In this document: positions 9,155-19,020 of the stretch, one piece after another
Layout of the letters: each line of letters opens with the position of its first letter
Numbering within the stretch: the first letter of the stretch is position 1
Assembly (NCBI GenBank): GCA_963662655.2
Contig: CAXXTU010000002.1
Location: 1,760,001 to 1,824,000 of the forward strand
Origin: Candidatus Cloacimonadales bacterium
Lineage (GTDB): Bacteria; Cloacimonadota; Cloacimonadia; Cloacimonadales; JAIOQZ01
Length of the DNA stretch: 64,000 nucleotides
Direction of reading: 5' to 3'
The notes under the pieces: model-generated
What the model saw: only the letters and a program-made list of their open reading frames with translations
What the model was told of the DNA's origin: nothing
Databases searched by the model: none
Made by a program: the position numbers and the translations under genes

Positions 9155-10350
9155 TAGAACACCTCCTTGATCTTACTGAGGATTCGACGTGGTGGGATCA
9201 TTTCTCCATCGAAGCGCTGCATCGGGATAATCGCGCTGTCGCTCTTCTCTTTCGCAAGGCGCTCGATTTCGTGAATAAACTGTCCCTGGTTGAGCTCGGG
9301 AACGATGACGGTTTCAACGTTCTTGAGCATCTTGCGCACTGCGTCGTCCGGGAACGGCCAGATTGTCAATGGGCGAAGCAGACCGACCTTAAGTCCCTCT
9401 GCGCGCGCCATATTGACCGCGGCTTTTGCCGAACGGGCAACGATACCGGCGGCGAAGACCGCCACTTTCGCGTCGTCCATCATATAGCTTTCGATCTGAA
9501 CGAGGTCGCGGATATTGCGCGTGATTTTCTTCTTCAGACGATTCATCATGTCGTCGACTTCTGTCGGACGGTTGGTCGGGAATCCCTGCTGATCGTGCGC
9601 AAGGCCCGTCACGTGGAAGCGATATCCTTCACCGAAGCTCGCGAGCGGTGAGAGGTACTTCTGGTTTTCGTCGTAGTGTTTGTACCACTCCGGCGGAACG
9701 GTTGGCTTGATGCGGTTGATGATGCGATAGCGATTCACATCGGGAAGCTTCACGGCTTCGCGAAGATGGGCTATCACCTCGTCCAGAAGCAGCACGACGC
9801 AGGTGCGGTACTTCTCGGAAAGGTTGAACGCGCGGATCGACAATTCGTAGATTTCCTTCACCGAATCCGGGTAGAGTACGATCGCGGGAGCATCACCGTG
9901 CGAGCCCCAGCGGGACTGCATGATATCGCCCTGAGAAGGACGGGTCGGCAGGCCGGTGCTTGGGCCTCCGCGCTGTACATTGATAACCACGCACGGCGTT
10001 TCGGTGATCTTCGCGAACCCGATACTCTCCTGCATAAGAGAAAAGCCCGGACCGCTCGTTGCTGTCAAGGCTTTGGCTCCCGCAAGCGATGCGCCGATCA
10101 CAGCGCCGATGCTGGCAATCTCGTCTTCCATCTGGATGAACTTGTGACCACGCTTGGGAAGCTCACGGGAAAGAATCTCCGCGACTTCGGTTGAAGGTGT
10201 AATCGGGTAACCAGCGAAGAAATTGACTCCGGCGGCCAGCGCGCCGAACGCTGCGGCCTCGTTACCCTGCATCAGAACGTACTTCTCTTCTGCTTCCGGT
10301 TTATCTATGGTTTCCTTCATTTCCTTGTTGGTTTTGACTGTTTTTGGCAT
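9154..10350 (-). CDS. korA: 2-oxoacid:ferredoxin oxidoreductase alpha subunit
   Basis: GYPITPSTE, QMEDEIAS, ATSGPGFSLM, QRGGPSTGLPT. Confidence 0.92.
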   Translation of the reverse strand: MPKTVKTNKEMKETIDKPEAEEKYVLMQGNEAAAFGALAAGVNFFAGYPITPSTEVAEILSRELPKRGHKFIQMEDEIASIGAVIGASLAGAKALTATSGPGFSLMQESIGFAKITETPCVVINVQRGGPSTGLPTRPSQGDIMQSRWGSHGDAPAIVLYPDSVKEIYELSIRAFNLSEKYRTCVVLLLDEVIAHLREAVKLPDVNRYRIINRIKPTVPPEWYKHYDENQKYLSPLASFGEGYRFHVTGLAHDQQGFPTNRPTEVDDMMNRLKKKITRNIRDLVQIESYMMDDAKVAVFAAGIVARSAKAAVNMARAEGLKVGLLRPLTIWPFPDDAVRKMLKNVETVIVPELNQGQFIHEIERLAKEKSDSAIIPMQRFDGEMIPPRRILSKIKEVF

Positions 10351-10362
10351 GCTCTCCTCCTA

Positions 10363-10662
10363 TCAACGCTTTGCGCCCGTTATAGCAAAATCAGGGCAAA
10401 GCCGATCGCAAGTACCACAATGAATGCATTTTTCCGGTTTCTCCACGTAGGGAGCGCCATCCGGTTTCCGACTCAATACTCCGGTGGGACAGAAAGCAAC
10501 ACAAATGCCGCAACGCTTGCACCATTCGTAGTAAATATAAACAGGCGACTTACGATAGTCGCCAGCTGTATTCACCTCTGTTACTTCAACTTCCATCTTT
10601 TCAGGAGAGTCTTCCTCCAGGATGATCGTTCCTTCGCGATGTTTCTCCAGTTTTTCTTTCAT
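10363..10662 (-). CDS. korD: 2x[4Fe-4S] ferredoxin-like delta subunit
   Basis: CKRCGICVAFCP and CIHCGTCDRLCP. Confidence 0.9.
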   Translation of the reverse strand: MKEKLEKHREGTIILEEDSPEKMEVEVTEVNTAGDYRKSPVYIYYEWCKRCGICVAFCPTGVLSRKPDGAPYVEKPEKCIHCGTCDRLCPDFAITGAKR

Positions 10663-10901
10663 CTGAAGCTCCTCCGCCTTAGAATTGTGCCAAACCTAGG
10701 AGGCTTACTTTTTTGTACAAGATATTTCTGAAAAAAGTATTTCGCCATTTTTGCAGGTAAATGAAAGCGACTCAATAATGTAGATTCGCAATTACCCGCA
10801 GTACCTATTATATGGGCAATCCTGGGAAATGAAACCGGTTCATTTTCAAGCGATAAATGATTGTTAACGGCCATGAGAAAACTTTATATCATAGTCCATG
10901 A

Positions 10902-11056
10902 GTCGTGAGGAGATTCGTTTGATATCACGCGAAAACGTGGTGTTACACATCGAAAAGCGGATTGCAAATCAAAATGAATACAACGATTATCGAGTGTCCG
11001 CTTGAAGATGTGTTATATCCACGTTGGAGCGGGATATCGGGCGAAGATTCCACGAC
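10902..11056 (+). repeat. Rod-hairpin element family 1, copy B
   Basis: GTCGTG AGG AGATTCGTTTGATATC..AACGTGG TGT TACACATC..AAGCGGA / TCCGCTT..GATGTGT TATAT CCACGTT..GAT ATCGGGCGAAGAT TC CACGAC. Confidence 0.9.
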
Positions 11057-11083
11057 GGTAATCGATCCCGATACGAAGAATAG

Positions 11084-12376
11084 CTACTTCTCTTCCTTGC
11101 TCAGTACCTTGCCGTAGAGGAAATATCCGCTGAGGATTGTCGAGAAGGAGATTGCGGAAACGGTGGCGATGGATGCACCGATGATTCCCATCGTCTTGAT
11201 CAGCCAGATATCCAGCAGAACATGTAGAACCGTCGTCGCGATCCCCACGATCAGGTTGAACTTGATCTTGAGCTGGCTGGCGATCGTGTTCCCGAAAGGA
11301 ATCCGGAACGTTCCGCTGATCAGGTACCCGAATGACAGAACCCGGAACGGGGGAACCGCATCGATGTACTGTTTCCCGAACAGAATCGTGATGATATAAG
11401 GCGCAAACGCGACGAGGAACGCGAATATCGCGAGGTTCAATACGCCCAGATACAACTGGAGCTTATTGAGCAATTGCCGCAGGCTGCTATCCTGCTTCCG
11501 CACAAGATACGGAAAAACGAATGTAATCATGGATTTCGGAATGAAGCTGAGCGCAAAGGGAATCACGGTCGCAACTTTATACGTCGCCACGGAATCGGCG
11601 GAAGTAATGAGAAGCCCCACGAGGAAGGTATCGACCATGTACAGAACCTGCGAAACGCTGTTCGTCAGCATCGCGATCGCAGAGTAATTGAGAAATGTCT
11701 TTTTCTCGTCCTTCCCCACAACGACAGCGCCGGGATCGATCCTCAGCTCTTTACGTATGATGACAAGTATGATCGTCGCAGAAACAATGAACGGGAAATA
11801 CCCGAACAACGCGACACCGTCAACCGAGAAAAGCCACGCGCCCGTCAACGCGAAAATTAGCATCATTGCCGAGTTTATAACATTTGCGTAGGCAAACGCG
11901 CGATTCCAGAGCAAGCTCCTGAGGTACTGCATTCCAGCCTGGAACATGTGGAAACACAGGGGCATGAATGCCATGATCCGCAGGATGCGCGTCGAGCCGA
12001 CCACGGACAGATCGATGAAGTGCGTCAGAACGAGAATCCCGAACCCGAGCACAAGCCCGAAGAGAATCTCGATCTTGATACCGAAGCGGAAAAAGGACGC
12101 CCTCTTGCTCGACACGTCCGCACGCGTACAGAATTGCATAATGCCGGATTCGATGCCGAGTCCGCCGATGATGAAAAGCATGTTGATGATATTCTTCGCG
12201 TAGGAGAATTGCCCGAATTCGTCTTTCGTGAGCACACGAACCAGAAAGAACGACACCGAGAACGCGATGATGTTCTGCAGTACGTTCGCGCCAACGATAT
12301 GAAACAATCCCTTCCTGGTTGATTTAACGAAATCGCCCTTGAGCTTCTTCACGTATTTCGATTCCCCCGCGATCAT
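11084..12376 (-). CDS. Wzx-like oligosaccharide flippase (MOP/PST family)
   Basis: About 12 hydrophobic segments; LVRVLTKDEFG.F.Y, D.FLVG and GIIGASIAT patterns. Confidence 0.85.
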   Translation of the reverse strand: MIAGESKYVKKLKGDFVKSTRKGLFHIVGANVLQNIIAFSVSFFLVRVLTKDEFGQFSYAKNIINMLFIIGGLGIESGIMQFCTRADVSSKRASFFRFGIKIEILFGLVLGFGILVLTHFIDLSVVGSTRILRIMAFMPLCFHMFQAGMQYLRSLLWNRAFAYANVINSAMMLIFALTGAWLFSVDGVALFGYFPFIVSATIILVIIRKELRIDPGAVVVGKDEKKTFLNYSAIAMLTNSVSQVLYMVDTFLVGLLITSADSVATYKVATVIPFALSFIPKSMITFVFPYLVRKQDSSLRQLLNKLQLYLGVLNLAIFAFLVAFAPYIITILFGKQYIDAVPPFRVLSFGYLISGTFRIPFGNTIASQLKIKFNLIVGIATTVLHVLLDIWLIKTMGIIGASIATVSAISFSTILSGYFLYGKVLSKEEK

Positions 12377-12494
12377 TTTCTTTAACGCTCATACAGGCGG
12401 AAACAGGATTTTCGGTCAAGGGAATGTTTTCTCAATCCACGCTCCACTAGCCTGAATTGACCGGACCAAGGAGAAATTAGTATCGTTACCGTGG

Positions 12495-13565
12495 CTAATC
12501 AGCATAGCTTAAGCCATAAAGAAATCCTGAGGCGGTCATACCTGTACCGTTAACGTAATTGTAATTGTCTACATAGAACCATCCGGTGACGTTGTGCTCC
12601 GTCCTGACCTTACACCACCTTACATCGTCGGTTGCGATAATTTCAAGTACCGTGAGCGGCTTGATGATTTTTGATGGGCTTTCCGTATCCCGATCCCGAA
12701 AGATCGTTAGTGGGCTTTTCAGATATAAGGTGACATTTGTGCTGTAAACATTGTTCTCGATGGTCTTCAGATGATGGTTTTCATCCAATATGTATAGTTT
12801 TTCGAAAATCCATGTTTGGAGAAAACTTCCTCTTGTGACAATTCGCAAATTCCTGTGTCCGTCAAAGCCAATCCCATCATTGTACAAGCTGTAGGTTTCA
12901 CCTATGATTTCAACGTTGTTATCTCGATATATGAAGAAGTCCGAGCTCGGATCATCGCTCGGGCCGAGTGCGCTGACGACAACTTCCTTTATCCCGTCGT
13001 TAACATCGATATCTACGATGGCGAAGGAATCGACCAGACATTCCGCGTGTCCATGATACGTCGAGCCATTGATCGTGAGTTCGTATTTAAATCGATTGAT
13101 TGTGTACCGGATCGTATCTTGCTTACCGTCGTCGTTCAAATCATAAAGGACATCTTCGTCACGATGAAACGTTGGTGGATGATGCTCGAGACGGTAATAT
13201 TTCCTTATCTTGGTCAGGCAACGCTCATAATACCTGAACAATCCGATATTGTATTCCTCGTATCGATTGAGGTTCGTCGAATCCCTGCTTATCGGCGTGT
13301 ACCACGGTTTGCTTCTGAAATATTCGTCCCACTGCTCCGACTCGAAGATAAAGCCCTTTCGAGCGTAAATCTCGTTTCTTGCGATTGAAAAAGTTTCCAG
13401 TGTTGGCTGTCTGCAGCCCAGACTGTAAAAATCATTCGAGACCAGTTCTCTTAAGTGGCTTTCCGGGAAAATGAAATCCCTGTATGTGAGACTCTCCGGT
13501 TCCTTGAAGGAAAAAAGAATACTTGCGCACAGGAATAGTAGTGCAAAGATTAAATGTTTGTTCAT
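12495..13565 (-). CDS. Exported YARHG-domain protein with an SH3-like C-terminus
   Basis: Signal peptide; IARNEIYARKGFIF...YF.SKPWY.P; C-terminal WCKVRTE..VTGWF. Confidence 0.8.
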   Translation of the reverse strand: MNKHLIFALLFLCASILFSFKEPESLTYRDFIFPESHLRELVSNDFYSLGCRQPTLETFSIARNEIYARKGFIFESEQWDEYFRSKPWYTPISRDSTNLNRYEEYNIGLFRYYERCLTKIRKYYRLEHHPPTFHRDEDVLYDLNDDGKQDTIRYTINRFKYELTINGSTYHGHAECLVDSFAIVDIDVNDGIKEVVVSALGPSDDPSSDFFIYRDNNVEIIGETYSLYNDGIGFDGHRNLRIVTRGSFLQTWIFEKLYILDENHHLKTIENNVYSTNVTLYLKSPLTIFRDRDTESPSKIIKPLTVLEIIATDDVRWCKVRTEHNVTGWFYVDNYNYVNGTGMTASGFLYGLSYAD

Positions 13566-13711
13566 GACAACACCTCCTTCACCTCTTCAATCCGTAAACA
13601 ATCCTACAGAAATGAACCTGCGTTGTCGAGATAATTCCCCAGAGTACGTTGTGGAAGAAAAAGAAAAGGACCACCGTGACGGTAGTCCTTTCTATAAGAA
13701 ATCTATCCGAA

Positions 13712-14791
13712 TCAGCCTTTGTATTCTTTGGCTTCTTCTTTGCCTTTGAGAACCAGAACACCGCCTTCGGAGAGGGCTTCCATCTCTTTTTCACCCGGGT
13801 AGGTGTGAACGGGAGCGATGAACTGAACGTACTTGCTGATTTCCTTCACGATGTACGGATCGTAGACGAGTCCGCCGGTGAGGAATATCGCGTCGACTTT
13901 GCCTTCGAGCGCTGCTGCGTATCCGCCGATTTCCTTCGCGATCTGATAGCACATTGCGTCCAGAACCTGCTTGGCTTTGGTGTCGCCGGCCTTGATGCGG
14001 TTTTCGATCTCGATTCCGCTATCGGTTCCGAGGTAAGCGATGAGTCCCGCAGTCTTGCAAAGCTTGTTTGCGAGCTCTTTCTGTGTGTATTTTCCGCTGT
14101 AAGCGAGGTCGAGAAGGTCACCGATCGGCAATGCACCCGCACGCTGCGGCGAGAACGGTCCCATTCCCAGAAGCGCGTTGTTCACATCCACGACCTTGCC
14201 TTTTTTGATCGCGCCAACGGTGATTCCGCCGCCCATGTGAACGGCGATCATGTTCATCTCGTTGAATTCGCGTTTGACGTCCTTCGCGAGATGACGCGCG
14301 GTATAACGGATGTTCAGCGCGTGGAACAGCGATTTGCGCTCGATCTCCGGAACACCGGAGATGCGGGAAATGTCTTCAAACTCGTCAACGGTTACCGGAT
14401 CGACGATAAACGCGGGGATGTTCAGCTCTTTGCTGATTGAGTTCGCGATGAACGCGCCGAGGTTGGAAGCATGGATGCGTCCCCAGATGCTCGGATCCTT
14501 CAGATCCGCCATCATCTTTTCGCTGACCTTGTACGTTCCGCCGGGAACGGAGCGAACCAGTCCGCCGCGACCCACAACCGCTTCGAGCGTTGCCGGATCG
14601 ACGTCGTTTTCTTTAAGGGCTTCCATCACCAGGTTTTTGCGGAATTCGTACTGATCCAGAATTCCACCGATCTTGTCGAGCTCCGCGGGATCGTGGCGAA
14701 GCACTTTTACGAAAACTTTCTGGTCGTCGTCAAAGACGGCAATCTTGGTTGAAGTTGAACCGGGATTAATGGCTAAAACACGGTAATTCAT
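13712..14791 (-). CDS. buk: Butyrate kinase
   Basis: INPGSTSTK, VGRGGL, HASNLG, HALN, HMGGGI, GPFSPQRAG, YPGEKEM. Confidence 0.95.
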   Translation of the reverse strand: MNYRVLAINPGSTSTKIAVFDDDQKVFVKVLRHDPAELDKIGGILDQYEFRKNLVMEALKENDVDPATLEAVVGRGGLVRSVPGGTYKVSEKMMADLKDPSIWGRIHASNLGAFIANSISKELNIPAFIVDPVTVDEFEDISRISGVPEIERKSLFHALNIRYTARHLAKDVKREFNEMNMIAVHMGGGITVGAIKKGKVVDVNNALLGMGPFSPQRAGALPIGDLLDLAYSGKYTQKELANKLCKTAGLIAYLGTDSGIEIENRIKAGDTKAKQVLDAMCYQIAKEIGGYAAALEGKVDAIFLTGGLVYDPYIVKEISKYVQFIAPVHTYPGEKEMEALSEGGVLVLKGKEEAKEYKG

Positions 14792-14872
14792 TCATCCTCC
14801 ATAGTTTTGAATCTATCTTTTTTCTTCGTAACACGAAACTTGTGGGCCATTTCCTTTGTTTAGCCCGATTGG

Positions 14873-15982
14873 TCAAATCATTTTTTTTAACGCCATCTTC
14901 ATCATCACTTCAATACCTGTCTCGATGGAGCTTTCGTCCGGCAGGAAACGATCGGAATGCAAGTCGCCTGCTGCTTCTCCAGCGCCCAGCCAGAAGAGCA
15001 GGCCGTCGTATCTCGTCGTGAAGAATCCGAAATCCTCGCCCGTCATGGTAACTGCCGCTCCCTCGTGTTGAACACCCTCGGGAAGCTGCTCCAGAAATTC
15101 ACGGTAGAGTCGTCCGGAATTGACAACCGGGTCATACGTGCTGTGCAAAACAACCTCGTACTCGACATCGTGCATTTCCGCCGTGCTCTTCGCAACGCGC
15201 TCCATCAGGTCGTTGATTTCCTTCCAGTTCTCGCGGGAAAGGCTTCTCGTCGTTCCCTTCATCACGCATTCCCTCGGGACGGCGTTGCGTACGTCTCCGG
15301 CGTTCATGGTTCCCACGTAGAACACAACCGATTCGGTCGCCGGAAATCGCTCCAGCATCATCCTGGACATCGCCTGATAGAAGGTCACTCCCGCCGCAAG
15401 CGCGTCTCTTCCCGTCTGAGGGAAAGCGACATGCGCCGATTCGCCCCTGAATATCACGTCGAACTCCTGCGGGATTCCGAAGAAGATTCCCTCCCGGGTG
15501 GAGACCGTGTTGACCGGCAATCCGCCCTTCACATGCAGCGCGTAGGCTTCGGCGATCTCGAACCTGTCCAGCAATCCCGTTTTCAGGATGCGCTCCGCCC
15601 CACCAAGTCCTTCCTCGGCAGGCTGGAACAGAAAAAGATAATTCCGATCCGGCTTTTCTTTCATCAGACGATCGATCAGTCCGAGCAGAACGGTCATGTG
15701 GATATCGTGGCCGCACGCATGCATCTTCCCCATATGGGTCGAAGCAAATTCGCATCCGGTTTTCTCGGCGATGGGCAGCGCATCCATATCCGACCGGAAA
15801 AGTTTGTAGGACTTTTCGTTGCGAGTATACTCCGCTACAATACCGGGGAAATCGAACGTGTGAATCGTCAATTCCATGTGCTGCTTAAGGATATCGAGAA
15901 TGTAATCCTGGGTATTCCACTCGTCGAATCCCAGCTCGGGAATGCGATGCAAGTCTTTGCGGATTTCAGTGAGGCCTTTCAT
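14873..15982 (-). CDS. M20 amidohydrolase (N-acetyldiaminopimelate deacetylase-like)
   Basis: LHRIPELGF.E, RSDMDALP, MHACGHD, FQPAEEG, GEDFG. Confidence 0.85.
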   Translation of the reverse strand: MKGLTEIRKDLHRIPELGFDEWNTQDYILDILKQHMELTIHTFDFPGIVAEYTRNEKSYKLFRSDMDALPIAEKTGCEFASTHMGKMHACGHDIHMTVLLGLIDRLMKEKPDRNYLFLFQPAEEGLGGAERILKTGLLDRFEIAEAYALHVKGGLPVNTVSTREGIFFGIPQEFDVIFRGESAHVAFPQTGRDALAAGVTFYQAMSRMMLERFPATESVVFYVGTMNAGDVRNAVPRECVMKGTTRSLSRENWKEINDLMERVAKSTAEMHDVEYEVVLHSTYDPVVNSGRLYREFLEQLPEGVQHEGAAVTMTGEDFGFFTTRYDGLLFWLGAGEAAGDLHSDRFLPDESSIETGIEVMMKMALKKMI

Positions 15983-16013
15983 AATCTTTCCTGTCGTAGT
16001 GTTATAATAAAAC

Positions 16014-16038
16014 GAAAGCTGCCTCGCGACAGCTTTTC
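16014..16038 (-). terminator. Probable terminator after argS
   Basis: AAAGCTG/CAGCTTT stem with A/T tracts on both sides, about 28 bp past the stop. Confidence 0.55.
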
Positions 16039-16065
16039 AAAGGATTTATCGTTATCTCATATCGA

Positions 16066-17718
16066 TTACATTTTTTCGGGAGCGGAGATGCCCATCAGAT
16101 CGAGGCCAAGGAACAGCACCGTACGCACGGCGGTGATCAGATACAGCCTTGCCTGCGAAAGCTCCAGGGATTTCGCGTTGACGATGGTGTATTTCTGGTA
16201 GTACTTGTGGAACATTCCCGCAAGCTCCATCACGAAATCCGCCAGGCGGTGCGGCTCTCTCGTTTCGGAAATGGAGATGAGGATGTTGGAGAATTCCAGC
16301 ATCTTCTTGATCATCAGGATTTCATCCTGTTTGTCCAGCCTGCGCAGGCTTTTCGGATCGAAATTCTTGAGCGTGACCTTCTCCTTCTTCGCCTTCTTGA
16401 TGATGCTGCAAATACGCGCATGCGCATACTGGCAGTAATATACCGGATTCTCGCTGGACTGCTTTTTCGCCAGCTCCATGTCGAAGTTAAGGTGTGCGCT
16501 CGGACGGCGATTGATGAAGAAGAACCGTGCCGCGTCCTTGCCCACCTCGTCGATCAGGTCGTCCATCGTGATAATGCGTCCCTCTCGCTTGGACATCTTC
16601 ACGCGCTCGCCCTCCAAGAAAAGATTCACCTGTTGCAGGAACACGACTTCGAGCTTGCTCTCGTCGTATTCCAGCGCGTTGATCGCCGCTTTGAGGCGGG
16701 GAACGTAGCCGTGGTGATCCGGACCCAGAACGTCGATCATCACGTCGAAGCCGCGCTGGTACTTGGTGAGGTGATATGCCACATCCGGCACGATGTATGT
16801 GATGCTGCCGTCGCTCTTCATGAGAACGCGGTCCTTTTCATCGCCAAACTTGCTGGACGCGAACCAGACAGCCTCGTCCATCTCGTAGGTGCAATTGGCT
16901 TCCGCCAGGAAGCTGAGGACTTCCTCGACAACGCCCTGAGCCCTGAGATTCTTCTCTGAAACCCAGCTATCGAACTCCACGCCGAAGCGCTCGAGACTGT
17001 TGATCTGCATTTCGTGTATCTCTTGCAGCGCGAACTCTTTCATCTTCTGCAACCTGTCCCGCTCGGAGACATGCAGAAGCTTGGTTCCTTCAATCGCGTT
17101 CAGGTGCGCGGCGATCTCTTTGATGTACTCGCCGTGATAGGCTTCCACGGGGAACTCGCCGATGTTCTCGTTGTGCAGTTCGCGATAGCGCAGCTCCACC
17201 GACTCGGCCAGAATGTCCACCTGGTTGCCGGCGTCGTTGTTGTAATACTCGCGAACGGGCTGGTAACCGGTGTATTTCATCACGCGGTAAAGGGTATCGC
17301 CATACGCTGCGGCGCGAGCGCTCACAACGTTGAGCGGGCCGGTCGGGTTGGCGCTGATGAACTCGATGAGAATCTTTGTACCGTTGCCATGATCGACCTT
17401 GCCGTAAGTCTCGGGATTCTCGACGATATTGACCAGCTCGTTCTGGAATACCGTATTGGAGAGCTTGAAGTTGATGAAGCCCGGGCCAGCGACATCGACG
17501 GAACCGTAGTAGCGTTTCTTCTTGAGGACTTCCGCTATCTTTTCCGCCATCTCACGCGGTTTCATCTTGTTCAGCTTGGTGCTGACCATCGCAACGTTGC
17601 TCGAGTAGTCTCCGAAATCCACATGAGACGGAATCTCGATGTTGAAATCAGGATTCACCTTGAGTTCGAGTGACTCCATGGCTGCTTGAATATCTTTGCT
17701 GATTTTATCCTTGATCAT
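16066..17718 (-). CDS. argS: Arginine--tRNA ligase
   Basis: GDYSSN, GPGFINF, EFISANPTGPL, KMSKR, NPVYYCQYAHAR, APEKM C-terminus. Confidence 0.97.
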   Translation of the reverse strand: MIKDKISKDIQAAMESLELKVNPDFNIEIPSHVDFGDYSSNVAMVSTKLNKMKPREMAEKIAEVLKKKRYYGSVDVAGPGFINFKLSNTVFQNELVNIVENPETYGKVDHGNGTKILIEFISANPTGPLNVVSARAAAYGDTLYRVMKYTGYQPVREYYNNDAGNQVDILAESVELRYRELHNENIGEFPVEAYHGEYIKEIAAHLNAIEGTKLLHVSERDRLQKMKEFALQEIHEMQINSLERFGVEFDSWVSEKNLRAQGVVEEVLSFLAEANCTYEMDEAVWFASSKFGDEKDRVLMKSDGSITYIVPDVAYHLTKYQRGFDVMIDVLGPDHHGYVPRLKAAINALEYDESKLEVVFLQQVNLFLEGERVKMSKREGRIITMDDLIDEVGKDAARFFFINRRPSAHLNFDMELAKKQSSENPVYYCQYAHARICSIIKKAKKEKVTLKNFDPKSLRRLDKQDEILMIKKMLEFSNILISISETREPHRLADFVMELAGMFHKYYQKYTIVNAKSLELSQARLYLITAVRTVLFLGLDLMGISAPEKM

Positions 17719-18076
17719 ACTTGGTCTCTATCTTTTTTATTTCAGCGGATTGTTTCTTCCAGATGTCCTCAATATCGTAGTAATTACGGGTTTCCTCACG
17801 GAAAATATGCAGGATCACCATTCCAAAATCGACCAGCACCCAACTGAGGCCTTCCATTCCTTCCTTGCCGAGCAGCTGGTACGGCTTGCCCTTCGTCTCG
17901 TGGGTCACATGATCGTAAATGGCACGCACGTGAAGATCGCTGCTGCCAGTGCAGATCAGCAGGTAATCCGTGTAACCGGATTTTTCGCTCACATCGATCT
18001 GCTCGATGTTTTCCGCTTTCTTTTCCTGAATGGTTTCAGTGAGGAAATCAAGTAATTCTTTTGCTGTATAGTCCAT
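17705..18076 (-). CDS. rsfS: Ribosome silencing factor
   Basis: EKKA..I..ID, W.LVDFG...LHIF..E.R.YYD.E..W. Confidence 0.92.
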   Translation of the reverse strand: MDYTAKELLDFLTETIQEKKAENIEQIDVSEKSGYTDYLLICTGSSDLHVRAIYDHVTHETKGKPYQLLGKEGMEGLSWVLVDFGMVILHIFREETRNYYDIEDIWKKQSAEIKKIETKYDQG

Positions 18077-18091
18077 AAAACCCCTATTACG

Positions 18092-18541
18092 CTAATTTTC
18101 CAGGAATCGCTTGTAGTCGTCGCCGATGATGATTTGAAAAGGCGTTTCCGCCATTTCATCGAGGGCATATACGACCTGATCGATTCCCGTATTGGCTTTT
18201 AGTCTTTCAAGATCATCCTTGTGGTCCTTCCGAACCACGATGATCGATTTGTTGTATATATATTTCTTTGCATTTCCGAATCGGATAACGTCGATGTTGT
18301 GATCGAGCAAACGATCACGCACCTTCCGCGCCACGTCGGGAACTCCGCACCCGTTGAGAAGCTCGATCTGTATCGGAGGCAGGTTCTTCTCGACTTCCGC
18401 CGCTTCCTTCGCCTTCATGCGAGGAGGAATCACGACAAGAGCGATGATCCCTCCGGCCAGAACGATAAGGATCGCCAGCCAGAACCAGATACGAAACTTC
18501 TTCGCGGATGACAAATTATTGATCCCCCGATTGCTTGTCAA
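18092..18541 (-). CDS. LytR C-terminal domain membrane protein
   Basis: Single TM helix, then IELLNGCGVPD.A...GNA...IIIG.DY. Confidence 0.8.
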   Translation of the reverse strand: MTSNRGINNLSSAKKFRIWFWLAILIVLAGGIIALVVIPPRMKAKEAAEVEKNLPPIQIELLNGCGVPDVARKVRDRLLDHNIDVIRFGNAKKYIYNKSIIVVRKDHKDDLERLKANTGIDQVVYALDEMAETPFQIIIGDDYKRFLEN

Positions 18542-19019
18542 ATTGTTCTTTCAAGCGACGATAGGCTCGATCGAAGCTCTCGGGAACGACTCTCGTTCCG
18601 CCGATTGTCGTCATGAAATTACTGTCGCCATACCAGCGGGGTAAAATGTGAACATGGATGTGTTCGTCAATTCCCGCTCCGGCGGCCTTCCCGATATTGA
18701 TACCGACGTTCAGGCCCTCCGGGTGGAAGGCTTCTCTCAACACTTTTTCCGTAAAACGCACCGAAAGGAACAAATCGGCAACCTCTTCCTCGCCGAGATC
18801 GGTGAGTGAGGACACGTGTCGGTAGGGTACGACCATCAGGTGACCGTTGTTGTACGGATATGCGTTCATGATGACAAAACAATGCGCAGCGCGATGGAGA
18901 ATCAGGTGCTTCTCGTCATACGCCTCGTCGCCGGGTCGCTCGATGCAGAAGATGCAGCGATTCTCCTTTTCGGAAAGGATGTAATCGATCCGCCAGGGAG
19001 AATAGAGAATGTCCGACAT
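18516..19019 (-). CDS. HIT family hydrolase (Ap4A phosphorylase-like)
   Basis: PWR..YI, CIFC, N.YPYNNGHLMVVP, HIHVHILPRW. Confidence 0.92.
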   Translation of the reverse strand: MSDILYSPWRIDYILSEKENRCIFCIERPGDEAYDEKHLILHRAAHCFVIMNAYPYNNGHLMVVPYRHVSSLTDLGEEEVADLFLSVRFTEKVLREAFHPEGLNVGINIGKAAGAGIDEHIHVHILPRWYGDSNFMTTIGGTRVVPESFDRAYRRLKEQFDKQSGDQ

Positions 19020-19020
19020 G

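Noticed and set aside
11010..11023. TATCCAC in family 1 as DnaA boxes or an origin
   Set aside because: At least two mismatches to TTATCCACA, isolated sites, and copy A loses the motif while keeping the pairing.
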